Of a stretch of DNA of 64,000 nt, positions 27,026-36,218 are shown one piece after another; within the stretch, counting starts at the first letter, position 1, and each line of letters opens with the position of its first letter. Under the pieces are notes generated by a model. The model worked only from the letters and a program-made list of their open reading frames with translations, was not told the origin of the DNA and ran no database searches. The position numbers were made by a program, and so were the translations under genes. The stretch covers positions 96,001 through 160,000 of IMG/VR virus record IMGVR_UViG_3300028800_000059; one strand, given 5' to 3'. Origin of the DNA: a virus.

Positions 27026-28116
27026 TATGCCGACTCCAATGCCAAGGCATCCGAATGAATTTTACGCATCAGAGATTTTAGTTTCTGTGGGTCTAATTCC
27101 GTCGGACAAGTTGCGTCAATGGTTTCTTCCAATATTGTAACAATGTCTGATGATTTTTCGATCCCTTCTGTGGTGACTGAACCAGATGAATTTGAAGAAG
27201 GAGAATTATCAATATATTTTTCAACGATTGAAACATCGGCAACTCCAGCCTTGTATAGTGAATCTAAAAACACATCAAACCAATCGGGATGTTCCTTTTC
27301 GACAACCACAATTTTTACGTAACAATTTTTAGTATAAGAAAAATCCAACTTATTCAAATTTTCCAATGTCTCTTTTCTGTCGTCATATACAATTTTGTGG
27401 AACATTCGATAGGGATTTTTGATGAACTGTAAATCCAATGTGTCGGTATCCAATACATGAAAGCCACGTGGATCATTCCAATCAGCCCAAGTAATCTCAT
27501 AGGGATTTCCTAGATATGTGACAAGGCCATCCGTGGATCGATGATGAAAATGTCCACTTAGTACCATATCGAATTTATCAAACCATTTTCTTGGAGTAAT
27601 TCCAGTGTGACAAAAATTTCCTTTGTCCATTTCGAAACCAGCTATTTCCAAATGTCCCATTACCAATCGCGCATCAGTTTCACGCAATAGCTTTTCAGTT
27701 TCTCCAATGTTTGTAGGATTAACCCAAGGCAGCAAGATTGTTTTACGCCCATCCAGGTCTATCTCAACCGGGTCTGGATAAATTTTAACATTGGAATATT
27801 CAACGAAAATATCCTCAATGGCATTAGGCGTATTGAATGTTTTCAAAGGACAGTCATGATTGCCTGGAATGTAGATACAATCCACTTCCATTTGTTTAAG
27901 TGGATTGCCAAATCTCTTGTGAATGGTATCCAAAATCTGGAGATTTATGAATTTGCGATGCTCGACAAAATCACCAAGGCAAGCCATTTGCTTTATGTTG
28001 TGATCCTTTAAGTAGGGAAAAAACACATTCTCATAAAACTTGAAAAAGAATTCATTGAAAATTGGCGAAGCCTGGCGCGCTCCAAAATGAAGATCGGTTA
28101 TAATTGGAAGAAGCAT
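27025..28116 (-). CDS. gp47: Recombination endonuclease subunit, Mre11/SbcD-like
   Basis: TDLHFG, LGD, GNHD, GHLE and SGHFH phosphoesterase motifs. Confidence 0.96.
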   Translation of the reverse strand: MLLPIITDLHFGARQASPIFNEFFFKFYENVFFPYLKDHNIKQMACLGDFVEHRKFINLQILDTIHKRFGNPLKQMEVDCIYIPGNHDCPLKTFNTPNAIEDIFVEYSNVKIYPDPVEIDLDGRKTILLPWVNPTNIGETEKLLRETDARLVMGHLEIAGFEMDKGNFCHTGITPRKWFDKFDMVLSGHFHHRSTDGLVTYLGNPYEITWADWNDPRGFHVLDTDTLDLQFIKNPYRMFHKIVYDDRKETLENLNKLDFSYTKNCYVKIVVVEKEHPDWFDVFLDSLYKAGVADVSIVEKYIDNSPSSNSSGSVTTEGIEKSSDIVTILEETIDATCPTELDPQKLKSLMRKIHSDALALESA

Positions 28117-28499
28117 TATTTCGCATCCATGAGATATTTAATACCAGATTTCAATAGCATTACACTATCCTTAAACATACCCAATGCCACATTACAATTA
28201 TTGCAAAGAAATCCTCGAACCTTATTTGTGACGTGATCGTGATCGATGACCAAATCACTATCGGTTTTGCATATGGCACATAGATTATTTTGCCCCGTCA
28301 ATATTTCTGCATAGGTATCAGGCGTCAATCCGTATCTGTATTTGATTTTATTCGTCCAATTTCTTTCCTTGATACAAGAAAAACATTTTCTAGTTTTTAT
28401 GTCTCGTTTTGTTAATCCACAATGACCACATGGGAGTCCATGGTAATATTTGGCGCCGCGGTTCTGCGCTTTTTGTAAATTACTTAATCTCTTTCGCAT
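28116..28499 (-). CDS. Endonuclease VII-like (His-Me finger) putative homing endonuclease
   Basis: CAIC...LVIDHDH...VRGFLCNNCNVALG with an N-terminal Cys-rich segment. Confidence 0.85.
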   Translation of the reverse strand: MRKRLSNLQKAQNRGAKYYHGLPCGHCGLTKRDIKTRKCFSCIKERNWTNKIKYRYGLTPDTYAEILTGQNNLCAICKTDSDLVIDHDHVTNKVRGFLCNNCNVALGMFKDSVMLLKSGIKYLMDAK

Positions 28500-28568
28500 T
28501 TAACGAGAAGTGCCCTATTACACTCAATACACGATATTCCACAAAAAATCATGTGAAATTTCAATGTC

Positions 28569-28814
28569 CTATCGACGGCTTTTTCGTTTTTCTTCTTTTC
28601 GTTGCGCTATTCTATATCCTGATGTAGAAGGTCCCTTATGATCCACTTTATCGTTGAACTCTCTTAGGTACTGATTTTGCGCCTTACCGATTTCATTCAT
28701 GATATCAGTCAATTGGGAATCGTAATTGTCACGCTGTTCAAACGGAATAGATTTGTCACGCAACTTTTCGATTAGATACATAATCTGGGTAGGCAGAAGA
28801 ATATGCTTAGTCAT
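28569..28814 (-). CDS. Hypothetical protein downstream of gp55
   Basis: 81-aa ORF with an AGGAG SD. Confidence 0.65.
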   Translation of the reverse strand: MTKHILLPTQIMYLIEKLRDKSIPFEQRDNYDSQLTDIMNEIGKAQNQYLREFNDKVDHKGPSTSGYRIAQRKEEKRKSRR

Positions 28815-28859
28815 TGTTTTTACTCCTTGTCTTATTATAGCGGACGCAACTAAAAATGT

Positions 28860-29474
28860 CTATCGCTTTTTCTTGTCCTTCTTTTTGGCTGCCTTTAACT
28901 TAATCACCGCAGCCTCTAATTTTTTGGCCTTGCGTGCCTCTTCGTTTTTCTCATATACCGAAATGAATTCGGATATGTTGTCGTACACTTGTTTTGGTTT
29001 CATTCCATAATCTGCTATGGTAGAATCATTTTCTAATCCAGATATATCATCCATGACGCCAGAATTGATTGCTGACTTATATTTCACATACATCTGTTTC
29101 TTTTCGCGCATGACACGCCGAATTGCGGCATAGTAAATGATCTGGGTGAAATAGGCAAAAGCATCGCCCTTCTTTGGATTGTAGTTGTGCCAATACATCA
29201 GACAATTTTCGACTCCATCATGCACCATGTCCTGTTTATATTCAGGTGTATAGTCATAAAAATTAGGAGCCTTCATTAGGCCCCATCCAATCTTGGTCCA
29301 TACTTGACAAAGATAATTTGGTATTGGAGGAACAGGCAACTTTTCTCGTTTAGCCTTTCGACATGCCTTCTGATAATCGATCAGAGTTTTTTCTAATACT
29401 GCCTTGTCTACATAATCTTCCTTTTTGCTTTTTCTCGGTGTCTTTGGTTTTTTTGGTGTAAAATTAACTTCCAT
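28860..29474 (-). CDS. gp55: Late transcription sigma factor
   Basis: YVDK...IPNYL...PNFYDYT...DMVHDGVENCL...AFAYFTQIIYYAAIRRV.REKKQ. Confidence 0.93.
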   Translation of the reverse strand: MEVNFTPKKPKTPRKSKKEDYVDKAVLEKTLIDYQKACRKAKREKLPVPPIPNYLCQVWTKIGWGLMKAPNFYDYTPEYKQDMVHDGVENCLMYWHNYNPKKGDAFAYFTQIIYYAAIRRVMREKKQMYVKYKSAINSGVMDDISGLENDSTIADYGMKPKQVYDNISEFISVYEKNEEARKAKKLEAAVIKLKAAKKKDKKKR

Positions 29475-29483
29475 CTTTTTTGA

Positions 29484-29511
29484 TTGACAACTCCGGGTTT
29501 TAGGATATAAT
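29484..29511 (+). promoter_or_regulatory. Sigma70-type promoter oriented antisense to the uvsW-gp55 operon
   Basis: TTGACA-N16-TATAAT on the plus strand. Confidence 0.65.
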
Positions 29512-29555
29512 AAAGGACCCCTTTAGACCTCCGTTATATTCCCCTGTAGGGTTTC

Positions 29556-30176
29556 TTAGTTCTTAGGCTTATCTTTGAGAGATTCGAAATGAGCATTGAA
29601 GTCTTCAAGAGAAACAACATTATTAGAAGCCTTGATTTCAACAATCTTTCCTTTCTCAGCATGAAGGGCCTTTTCTCTCACAAAATCCTCTTTCAGCTTA
29701 TTAAATTCCTCTGATGTTGAATAATAGGCATTAGTCAATTCCTTAGAAGCCTTCTGCCATCCAAGAATGTGTGTTCCGTTGACTGGAAAATATTCACCAT
29801 CATCAACTAAAACATCAAATCTCCACCTAGTCAGAACAGGAACAATCCTGTCATCCGAAGTCATTACATAATTGATCTTCATTGGATTCTTGAACCAATA
29901 AAATTCTCCACTCTGTGGACAGTCTGTAGGATCAATTTCTGAGGTCTGGTTTGCGAAAATAGACTTTTCTACCTTGCTCACATTACAAATGACATCATCA
30001 TGTGTAATCAATCTAGTGAAAAAAAGAGTTTCGTGAACTGGTTCTTGTGGAACTTGTTGTTCTGGTAGCGAAGCAATAACTTCGGTTACCTTCTTATTCA
30101 ATTCCTCTCGGGTCATGAAAGGAATCACATTATCATCAACTAAATCGTCTGTTACTGGCAGATTATCATCAAACAT
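29556..30176 (-). CDS. Hypothetical protein between uvsW and gp55
   Basis: AAGGAGG SD before MFDDN at 30176. Confidence 0.7.
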   Translation of the reverse strand: MFDDNLPVTDDLVDDNVIPFMTREELNKKVTEVIASLPEQQVPQEPVHETLFFTRLITHDDVICNVSKVEKSIFANQTSEIDPTDCPQSGEFYWFKNPMKINYVMTSDDRIVPVLTRWRFDVLVDDGEYFPVNGTHILGWQKASKELTNAYYSTSEEFNKLKEDFVREKALHAEKGKIVEIKASNNVVSLEDFNAHFESLKDKPKN

Positions 30177-30254
30177 TGTTTCCTCCTTGGGCAAATTGTC
30201 TACAAATAGTCGAGCCATAATAAAAACACACTCCATCAGGACAGTCACATGGCA

Positions 30255-31823
30255 TCATAAATGGCTCCCCTTTAAATCGACGTTGTAAATTTTGTAAGGA
30301 AACTGTTCGCCATCATATATATCCACCCGTTCCAAGAAATGAGAGAGTGTATGATTAGGCGTACCAGGATTTCCTTGTTTATCATTAATTCTTAGATCAT
30401 CGGTAATATCGTAAATTTTAAGTGTCTTGTCGTCTCCGAAAAGTCTAAGGCCACGGCCGATGGCCTGTCTCATTCTAATTCGACTTTTAAAGGCTGTGGC
30501 GAAAATGATATTGTGTAGATTCTTGATGTTGATGCCCGTCGCAAATGTTCCATAGGATGCCAGGACTACACCATTTTCATCCTTTTCAATTTCGCCACGA
30601 TATTTATTTCTTAGATCGGTATCAATGTCTCCATCCACATAATACAATGTACGCCAAGGTTCAAGTTTTTCTTTGAACATTTCTTCCAAAATACGTCCCT
30701 GTTTCTCCTTCAGATGAAAAAGAATCAAGGTGTTTTCTTTCATTGACAACCCAAGGTTGACAATGAAATTATTTCGAGCCTGACTGCCTACAAGAAATTT
30801 GATTTCTTGATCATATTGAACTGATTTATGTCCATTCAATCTGGCAATGTCTTTTAGTCCTTTGGCTACTGTCTGTGGATGAACTAGAACAATGCCTTTG
30901 ATTTTTAGATTGGACAATACTTTTTGATCAATCAGGTCTTTCGTAAATACTTCTTGTATTGCCAGACCATGTAGACCTTCAATAATCCATTTATTAACCT
31001 TGTAGTCATCCAGAGTTCCTGTCATTCCTATACGATATTTTGCATTGATCATATTCGATAAAATGTATATAATGCTTTTTGCTTTGGCACCGTGGGCTTC
31101 GTCCGTAATCACATAATCAAATTGTTCCAACCATTCTTTAGATTGTGCGACGGCTGTTTGCCAGGTAGAAATTACTATATGTGCTTTGGTATTTGGGTCG
31201 CGGCCTTCATATAATCTAAAGGTGTCAGCAGTATAAAGATATGCCTTACCAGAATAATCATTGAAATCTTCATATAGTTGTTCTACTAACGTGGTAGTAG
31301 GTACAATAATCAATCCTTTTTTGCCTTCTTGTTTGTGCCATAACCATGAGACAATCAGATAGGCAATCAAACTCTTTCCACCACCAGTAGGAAATATAAT
31401 AGTGCGGCGTTTATCACGAATTGCCTTGGCGAACTCTTTTATTTGATCGTCTCGAACAGTTATTTTTTCGCCTTTGGCTCCACGAATATCTAAAGACTCC
31501 ACGAATGTCTTGGCCTCGGCCAATGAAAATTCAGTAGTGAGGTTCGCAGGATTTCTTTTATCATAGGTCACATTGTATCCGCGATCTTTCGCGAACTCTT
31601 CAATATGAGGAACAAGTCCCGCATACAACAAAGAAGTCTTGGCATGTAGAAGTCTGATTTTTCCGTCCCATTGCTTGGCTCTGACGCGAGGATCGAAATG
31701 CATTTTAGGAACATCGAATGTGAAATGGTCTCTAAGTTCCATGAGAACTCCCATTTCAGCGGCCACATGTATCCAGGCTTCGTTTATTTTTGTGACGTGG
31801 ATATTGTTATAATCCGTGCCCAT
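30255..31823 (-). CDS. uvsW: UvsW SF2 DNA helicase
   Basis: PTGGGKS, IIVPT, DEAH, TGT, GINIKNLH and QAIGRGLR. Confidence 0.95.
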   Translation of the reverse strand: MGTDYNNIHVTKINEAWIHVAAEMGVLMELRDHFTFDVPKMHFDPRVRAKQWDGKIRLLHAKTSLLYAGLVPHIEEFAKDRGYNVTYDKRNPANLTTEFSLAEAKTFVESLDIRGAKGEKITVRDDQIKEFAKAIRDKRRTIIFPTGGGKSLIAYLIVSWLWHKQEGKKGLIIVPTTTLVEQLYEDFNDYSGKAYLYTADTFRLYEGRDPNTKAHIVISTWQTAVAQSKEWLEQFDYVITDEAHGAKAKSIIYILSNMINAKYRIGMTGTLDDYKVNKWIIEGLHGLAIQEVFTKDLIDQKVLSNLKIKGIVLVHPQTVAKGLKDIARLNGHKSVQYDQEIKFLVGSQARNNFIVNLGLSMKENTLILFHLKEKQGRILEEMFKEKLEPWRTLYYVDGDIDTDLRNKYRGEIEKDENGVVLASYGTFATGINIKNLHNIIFATAFKSRIRMRQAIGRGLRLFGDDKTLKIYDITDDLRINDKQGNPGTPNHTLSHFLERVDIYDGEQFPYKIYNVDLKGSHL

Positions 31824-32253
31824 TGGTAAATTTCTGCCAATCAATAATGCTTCTTATTCCCCAATGCCTTTGGGAAATTTCCTTTATAATTCGGTCAAGA
31901 CTATTCACTGCCAGATCATGATAATCGCGCCTTATTTCTATTTTGGCGATTTCTTCATCACCATCGATAAAATCTTCGGCTTTCGGATCGGATAATTTCA
32001 ATTGGAAAGGTTCCCATCCAAGCGAAGTCAATTCTTCGCGAGACAAAGCGCCTTTGACCCATTTCCATTTGTTGACGCGCAGCCGCTTTAAATCAAAAGC
32101 TGCCTTGGATGCGCCTTTTTTATGGGCAACATAATATTTCAGATATTTTGAATGAAGCTTTCCAGTACGAGTTTCTTCCCGCGCTGGCTCAGTTTCATCC
32201 AAAGATGAATCTGTTTCCCATTCTTCCAGAATGTCTTCTAGTGTTTTTATCAT
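31807..32253 (-). CDS. uvsY: UvsY recombination mediator
   Basis: LHSKYL...LGWEPFQLKL...FIDGDEE...ISQRHWGIRSIIDWQKF. Confidence 0.88.
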   Translation of the reverse strand: MIKTLEDILEEWETDSSLDETEPAREETRTGKLHSKYLKYYVAHKKGASKAAFDLKRLRVNKWKWVKGALSREELTSLGWEPFQLKLSDPKAEDFIDGDEEIAKIEIRRDYHDLAVNSLDRIIKEISQRHWGIRSIIDWQKFTNGHGL

Positions 32254-32444
32254 GTTTTATAGATATTAACTTTGCCGTCTTTTTCTAATACAACCTGGCA
32301 TCTAATATCTGGTGGATAGACCTGAAAAGTATAGACCAGTTCCGTGTCGCCAGGTTCTACCTTTCCTAATCGAACTGCCTCGGACAATAATTCCAATACT
32401 TTTTGTATGTGATAGATGGTATCTTTGTTTTCAATCAGCTTCAT
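32250..32444 (-). CDS. Hypothetical protein
   Basis: 64-aa ORF with an ATGA overlap. Confidence 0.55.
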   Translation of the reverse strand: MKLIENKDTIYHIQKVLELLSEAVRLGKVEPGDTELVYTFQVYPPDIRCQVVLEKDGKVNIYKT

Positions 32445-32453
32445 GATTTTCTC

Positions 32454-32633
32454 TTACTTGGAATTTTTGATTTGATTGTGGAATCTCAAATGAGTCATGG
32501 AAGCCTCCAAGGCTTGATCCCAGGTATGTCCTGTATCTACATAAACCTGTCCATCGGCAAGATATACAGTAGAATTGAAAATATCTCCTGCCTTTACAAC
32601 TTCAATGGTATATAATTTAATAGCATCTGTCAT
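32454..32633 (-). CDS. Small hypothetical protein (59 aa)
   Basis: Translated by hand (MTDAIKLYTIEVVKAGD...); GAGGTG SD directly after a consensus promoter. Confidence 0.6.
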   Translation of the reverse strand: MTDAIKLYTIEVVKAGDIFNSTVYLADGQVYVDTGHTWDQALEASMTHLRFHNQIKNSK

Positions 32634-32652
32634 ATTTCACCTCTAGTTGCAT

Positions 32653-32681
32653 ATTATATATTGACAACCAATAATTGTCAA
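32653..32681 (-). promoter_or_regulatory. Consensus sigma70-type promoter heading the uvsY-uvsW-gp55 operon
   Basis: TTGACA-N17-TATAAT; also contains a TTGACA-N9-TGTCAA inverted repeat. Confidence 0.85.
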
Positions 32682-32689
32682 GCGGGGAT

Positions 32690-33229
32690 TTAACTTAAAG
32701 GCTGTCCCATGCGTTCTACTTCCAGGTAGAAATATCGAAATGTTGCGTCGCAAGTGAGCGCGGTTTCACCTGAATCAGTGGTAGTCATGTTGAATTGTGA
32801 AAGACTTGTTGGCCAGGCATCCGTAAATCTTACTCTTACTCTAGGAGTGTTTTGATTTGAGTTGATTACCAATATCAAATCTGAGTAAAGAGTGTTTTGT
32901 TTTTCCAAAAGGAGTCTTCGTTCTTTGAAGGACGACATATTACCAACAGCCATCATCCAACTTGCTAATTCCCACCAATTCCAAATTTCTTCATCTAAAA
33001 TGAAAGTAATAGTCAACGGATCGAGTGTGATTTTATTACCAGCGACCGGCCTATCAACAAAAGGAGTTAGTTGAACGGCTTCATTCAAATTCAATCCTGG
33101 CATGAATATGTTTTGGACTGTCCAAATCATGTTTGGAAATTTGTCCAAATGAACGTTGAATTTGTTGGCCTGGAGTTGATTTAAGGACTTTGGTAGTTGT
33201 GAAAGAGCATTGTCTTTGGATGAAGTCAT
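32690..33229 (-). CDS. gp3: Tail completion / sheath stabiliser
   Basis: PGLNL...G.KI..DPL.I.FILDEE..NW.E..SWM...F.DAWPTSLS pattern; position after gp23. Confidence 0.8.
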   Translation of the reverse strand: MTSSKDNALSQLPKSLNQLQANKFNVHLDKFPNMIWTVQNIFMPGLNLNEAVQLTPFVDRPVAGNKITLDPLTITFILDEEIWNWWELASWMMAVGNMSSFKERRLLLEKQNTLYSDLILVINSNQNTPRVRVRFTDAWPTSLSQFNMTTTDSGETALTCDATFRYFYLEVERMGQPLS

Positions 33230-33231
33230 GA

Positions 33232-33870
33232 TTATCCCCAGGCACTGAAACCGGCAGGAATTGATCCATTAAATCCTGCGCCGTTCATGTTTATTGTTAA
33301 ACTATTATTATCACTATCTCTAGCACCACCTTCGACAAAAAATGTGCTGCCTGACAATGCTGCATAACTAACACCGCCAACGCCGGTTGCTGGATCGGCT
33401 GAACCACCTTGATTCCAAACAGTAGGTGCGTTGTTATTGCGCCACCAAATTAATTTGGCATCAAGATCGACGGCTACACCACCAAAATCTCCAGTTGAAA
33501 ATGAAGGACCGACAATAATACCTCCACCATTTATAAATGATAATCCATTGTTAGTAGAGCCAAGATGAATACCATATGAATCAGAACTAGCTCCACCACC
33601 GGGACATGTGCTTAAAGATGCGCTGCCTTTGGCAATACCAACCGCAAGCAATCCAGAATTTGTCCCAACATGACATTCGAAATATTTTTTGCCGGTCGAA
33701 TTGGATTTTATAGAACGAATTGCTGATTCTGTTCCACCCAACCCATCATTAGTAAACGTCAAATTATTGTTTGACAGAATAAGATGGGAGTTTTTATCTG
33801 AGGGATTCCAAGTTGAACTGGCTACAGCAGCAGCCGCGGCAGCATAAAAAGTAACTGGAAAAACGAACAT
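33232..33870 (-). CDS. SPRY/concanavalin-like domain virion protein
   Basis: TWNPSDK...LSNNNLT...GKKYFE...VGIA...GVAVDLDAKLIWW. Confidence 0.75.
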   Translation of the reverse strand: MFVFPVTFYAAAAAAVASSTWNPSDKNSHLILSNNNLTFTNDGLGGTESAIRSIKSNSTGKKYFECHVGTNSGLLAVGIAKGSASLSTCPGGGASSDSYGIHLGSTNNGLSFINGGGIIVGPSFSTGDFGGVAVDLDAKLIWWRNNNAPTVWNQGGSADPATGVGGVSYAALSGSTFFVEGGARDSDNNSLTINMNGAGFNGSIPAGFSAWG

Positions 33871-33873
33871 TTT

Positions 33874-34359
33874 TTAGGCCAAATTAGTCGTGGCAACACC
33901 ATACATGTTTGTGCCATCGCAAATCAATGTAATGATATCCTTGGAGTTGTTCGCCGTGGACAGAGTTGGTGGTGTTCCATTCGACCATTTGAATACAGGG
34001 TTCCATGTTACGAGCCAATTACCTCCATTGGCCTGATTAAGAATCAGAGCATGGGTTCTAAATCTCATTCCAGTAGGAGCATTGACGTTTGCGTTTGCCG
34101 TCAAAGTCAAAGTTGCTATTTGAATTGTTTCCAAATTCCAAGAAACATTTGCGGCAAAAGTTAGATTGGCTGATGGACCTCCTTGGGAGACCACAAATGG
34201 ATTGTATCTATTTTCCATAACATTGGCAGTATATAATGCCATGTTTGCCGTAGAAATAGAATTGGATGATATATTGACATTGGCTGTTTCCAACAATTCG
34301 TTGCCGGTCATTGAAGAAAGAGCCAGAGTTTGTAACTGAGAGATTTTTGTATTTGCCAT
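33874..34359 (-). CDS. Tail-fibre-associated structural protein
   Basis: MANTKISQL N-terminus; W.GTPPTLST...DIITL..DGT.MYG C-terminal domain seen in fibre proteins. Confidence 0.6.
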   Translation of the reverse strand: MANTKISQLQTLALSSMTGNELLETANVNISSNSISTANMALYTANVMENRYNPFVVSQGGPSANLTFAANVSWNLETIQIATLTLTANANVNAPTGMRFRTHALILNQANGGNWLVTWNPVFKWSNGTPPTLSTANNSKDIITLICDGTNMYGVATTNLA

Positions 34360-34366
34360 GGTCTAG

Positions 34367-34374
34367 TATTTATA
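34367..34374 (-). promoter_or_regulatory. T4 late promoter
   Basis: TATAAATA, 7 nt before the ATG at 34359. Confidence 0.8.
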
Positions 34375-34375
34375 C

Positions 34376-34408
34376 AAAAAAATCTCGGACAAATTTCTCT
34401 GTCCGAGA
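34376..34408 (-). terminator. Rho-independent terminator
   Basis: TCTCGGACA/TGTCCGAGA 9-bp stem followed by T7. Confidence 0.85.
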
Positions 34409-34719
34409 CTTCTTGTTCATCAAATATGATCGGGGAGTGCTACCCGTCCCACCAATCCTATCTCGGCCTCCCTAACTTAGGGGCCTGATTGTATCAGGCA
34501 GACCAAACCTTGACAGGATATTCCATGACTCCCTTGTGATTTATTAGACCTCCAAGATCGTCGTCATATACCCGACTAGTAATGGTTTTCTTGCCTACCA
34601 AATACATTTCCGTTTTCCCTTAACGGATCATGGTCGTGTGAAAGGCCGCCATGATTTATTTGGCCTACTTTAAAGGCCGCGTTGTTCCACTACGTTAAAA
34701 CGCCATCATACTTGATTTC

Positions 34720-35223
34720 CTATTCCTCTACCTGCCAATCAAATGGAGTGTTTCCTCGTAAATTTTCACGGACTCGCATTAGAACACGGCCAAGATGATT
34801 TTCTCCTTCGCCTTGATACACGCCCCAATAGCGATCCTTCCAGGTATTGCCTTCGATCAATTCTCGGTCGCCAGTCGCAAGAAGTTTTTCGCCTAAGTCT
34901 TTGTGTGATTCAAATTTAGTCAGAACATATCGTTCCATAACTTCGATTTTAATTTCATCCCAATCTTTTCTTTTGGTCACTTTTTGTCCAAGTTTTTTTG
35001 CTTTTCCTGGAGTTGATGCTTCGAAAACTTTATGTGCTTCAACAATAGAATTGGTTTTGGCTGCCTGATAGGCATGTTCTACTGTTTTGACAAGTCTCCA
35101 TTTTTCATCAGGATCGTTATAGAGCCAAGGATGATTAATTCGAATAGGGCTGAAATAGAAATTGCTTAGAAAAACATTTTCACCATCGAAATGATCAATG
35201 GCATCATTTGAAAATAGAGTCAT
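34720..35223 (-). CDS. NADAR family protein (YbiA-like)
   Basis: FLSNFY, TVEHAYQAAK, KAKKLG, LLATGDRELIEGN.W.D.YWG and GENHLG..LMRVR. Confidence 0.93.
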   Translation of the reverse strand: MTLFSNDAIDHFDGENVFLSNFYFSPIRINHPWLYNDPDEKWRLVKTVEHAYQAAKTNSIVEAHKVFEASTPGKAKKLGQKVTKRKDWDEIKIEVMERYVLTKFESHKDLGEKLLATGDRELIEGNTWKDRYWGVYQGEGENHLGRVLMRVRENLRGNTPFDWQVEE

Positions 35224-35435
35224 TCAGAATACTCCCACCAAGTATAGCAACCATCATAGGAACTACCGGCTAGAATTCCTTGGCGCTTGATTGTTTTAAA
35301 CCAACACCATGGTCCTTTTCTACATGCAATTTCACATGGCCCCGGGAGAATATCATCTGGTGTAGATAATTTTACAGGGCGCCAAGCAAACCATGAATGT
35401 TTATCGGTTATGTATTTGCTCATTTGGTCAATCAT
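35220..35435 (-). CDS. Hypothetical protein
   Basis: 71-aa ORF with an ATGA overlap. Confidence 0.5.
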   Translation of the reverse strand: MIDQMSKYITDKHSWFAWRPVKLSTPDDILPGPCEIACRKGPWCWFKTIKRQGILAGSSYDGCYTWWEYSE

Positions 35436-35438
35436 ACA

Positions 35439-36095
35439 CTAGATTGCAGGCAAATCCAAGATATTTTTTTTCTTTTCATTTAATCGTTCACATTTAAATC
35501 CTTTGGCTTGTTTTAAAATACCATCGGCAACTTTTACCATATTACCTTGACCAATATTATAGAGTTTGCAGAAAGCGGTAAGATTGGTGATTTTTTCTTG
35601 TTCGCCTGTTGGGTATGTGATTAACCATTCTCTTTGATTTGCTTTGCGGGCCTGGGATCGTTGATATTCAGAAGAGGTTCCTCCTTTGCGGACTTCGGAA
35701 GCTTTTTCAACTGATTTGAGCCATTTGATTCTTGTTTCTGGATTAGCTTTAGCCCATCGCTCTTTATTTGAAACGGCTATTTTATCTTTGATTTCTTGTG
35801 ACATATGATTGGAAACAAGGGAAGTATTATATCCATCAGGGAGAAGACTATTTTCGGTTCTAATATGAAAAACTTCACGGTCATTGACCTGTTCTAAATT
35901 TAGACATTCTTCTAAAATTTCAAAAGAAAAATTATCAGGTCCAAATTCTCTAAGTGCTTTGCAGAATGGAGTGTTTTTAAATTGAGCATCTTTAAGATGA
36001 TTTGATTTTCTAGTATAAAGATCAGTAGTTTGACCAATGTATTTTTTTCCATTGATTCGATTTTTCCAACAATAAATGTAATATGTCTTTTCCAT
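35439..36095 (-). CDS. GIY-YIG homing endonuclease (Seg-like)
   Basis: YIYCWKNRINGKKYIGQT...R...H...FGPDNFSFEILE...GYN; free-standing downstream of gp23. Confidence 0.92.
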   Translation of the reverse strand: MEKTYYIYCWKNRINGKKYIGQTTDLYTRKSNHLKDAQFKNTPFCKALREFGPDNFSFEILEECLNLEQVNDREVFHIRTENSLLPDGYNTSLVSNHMSQEIKDKIAVSNKERWAKANPETRIKWLKSVEKASEVRKGGTSSEYQRSQARKANQREWLITYPTGEQEKITNLTAFCKLYNIGQGNMVKVADGILKQAKGFKCERLNEKKKNILDLPAI

Positions 36096-36124
36096 TACAC
36101 TTCTCCTGATTGATTTAAGGTATC

Positions 36125-36153
36125 ATTATATCAAATTTGAAATTAAATGTCAA
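36125..36153 (-). promoter_or_regulatory. Consensus sigma70-type promoter
   Basis: TTGACA-N17-TATAAT upstream of the GIY-YIG gene. Confidence 0.85.
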
Positions 36154-36163
36154 GTAGTATAAC

Positions 36164-36186
36164 AAAAAAGGGAATTTTCATTCCCT
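36164..36186 (-). terminator. gp23 terminator
   Basis: AGGGAAT-GAAA-ATTCCCT followed by a T-run. Confidence 0.85.
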
Positions 36187-36218
36187 TATCTGCTAAGTCA
36201 TTGAAAAGATTGACTTTT

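Noticed and set aside
32661-32690. Plus-strand promoter using the TTGACA at 32661
   Set aside because: No -10 element at the proper spacing; it is only half of a palindrome within the minus-strand promoter
34425-34500. tRNA or permuted tmRNA (CCCGTCCCACCA end followed by a GGG-C start on the plus strand)
   Set aside because: No canonical T-loop, too few bases for T-stem plus acceptor stem, no G3-U70 pair and no matching 5' half
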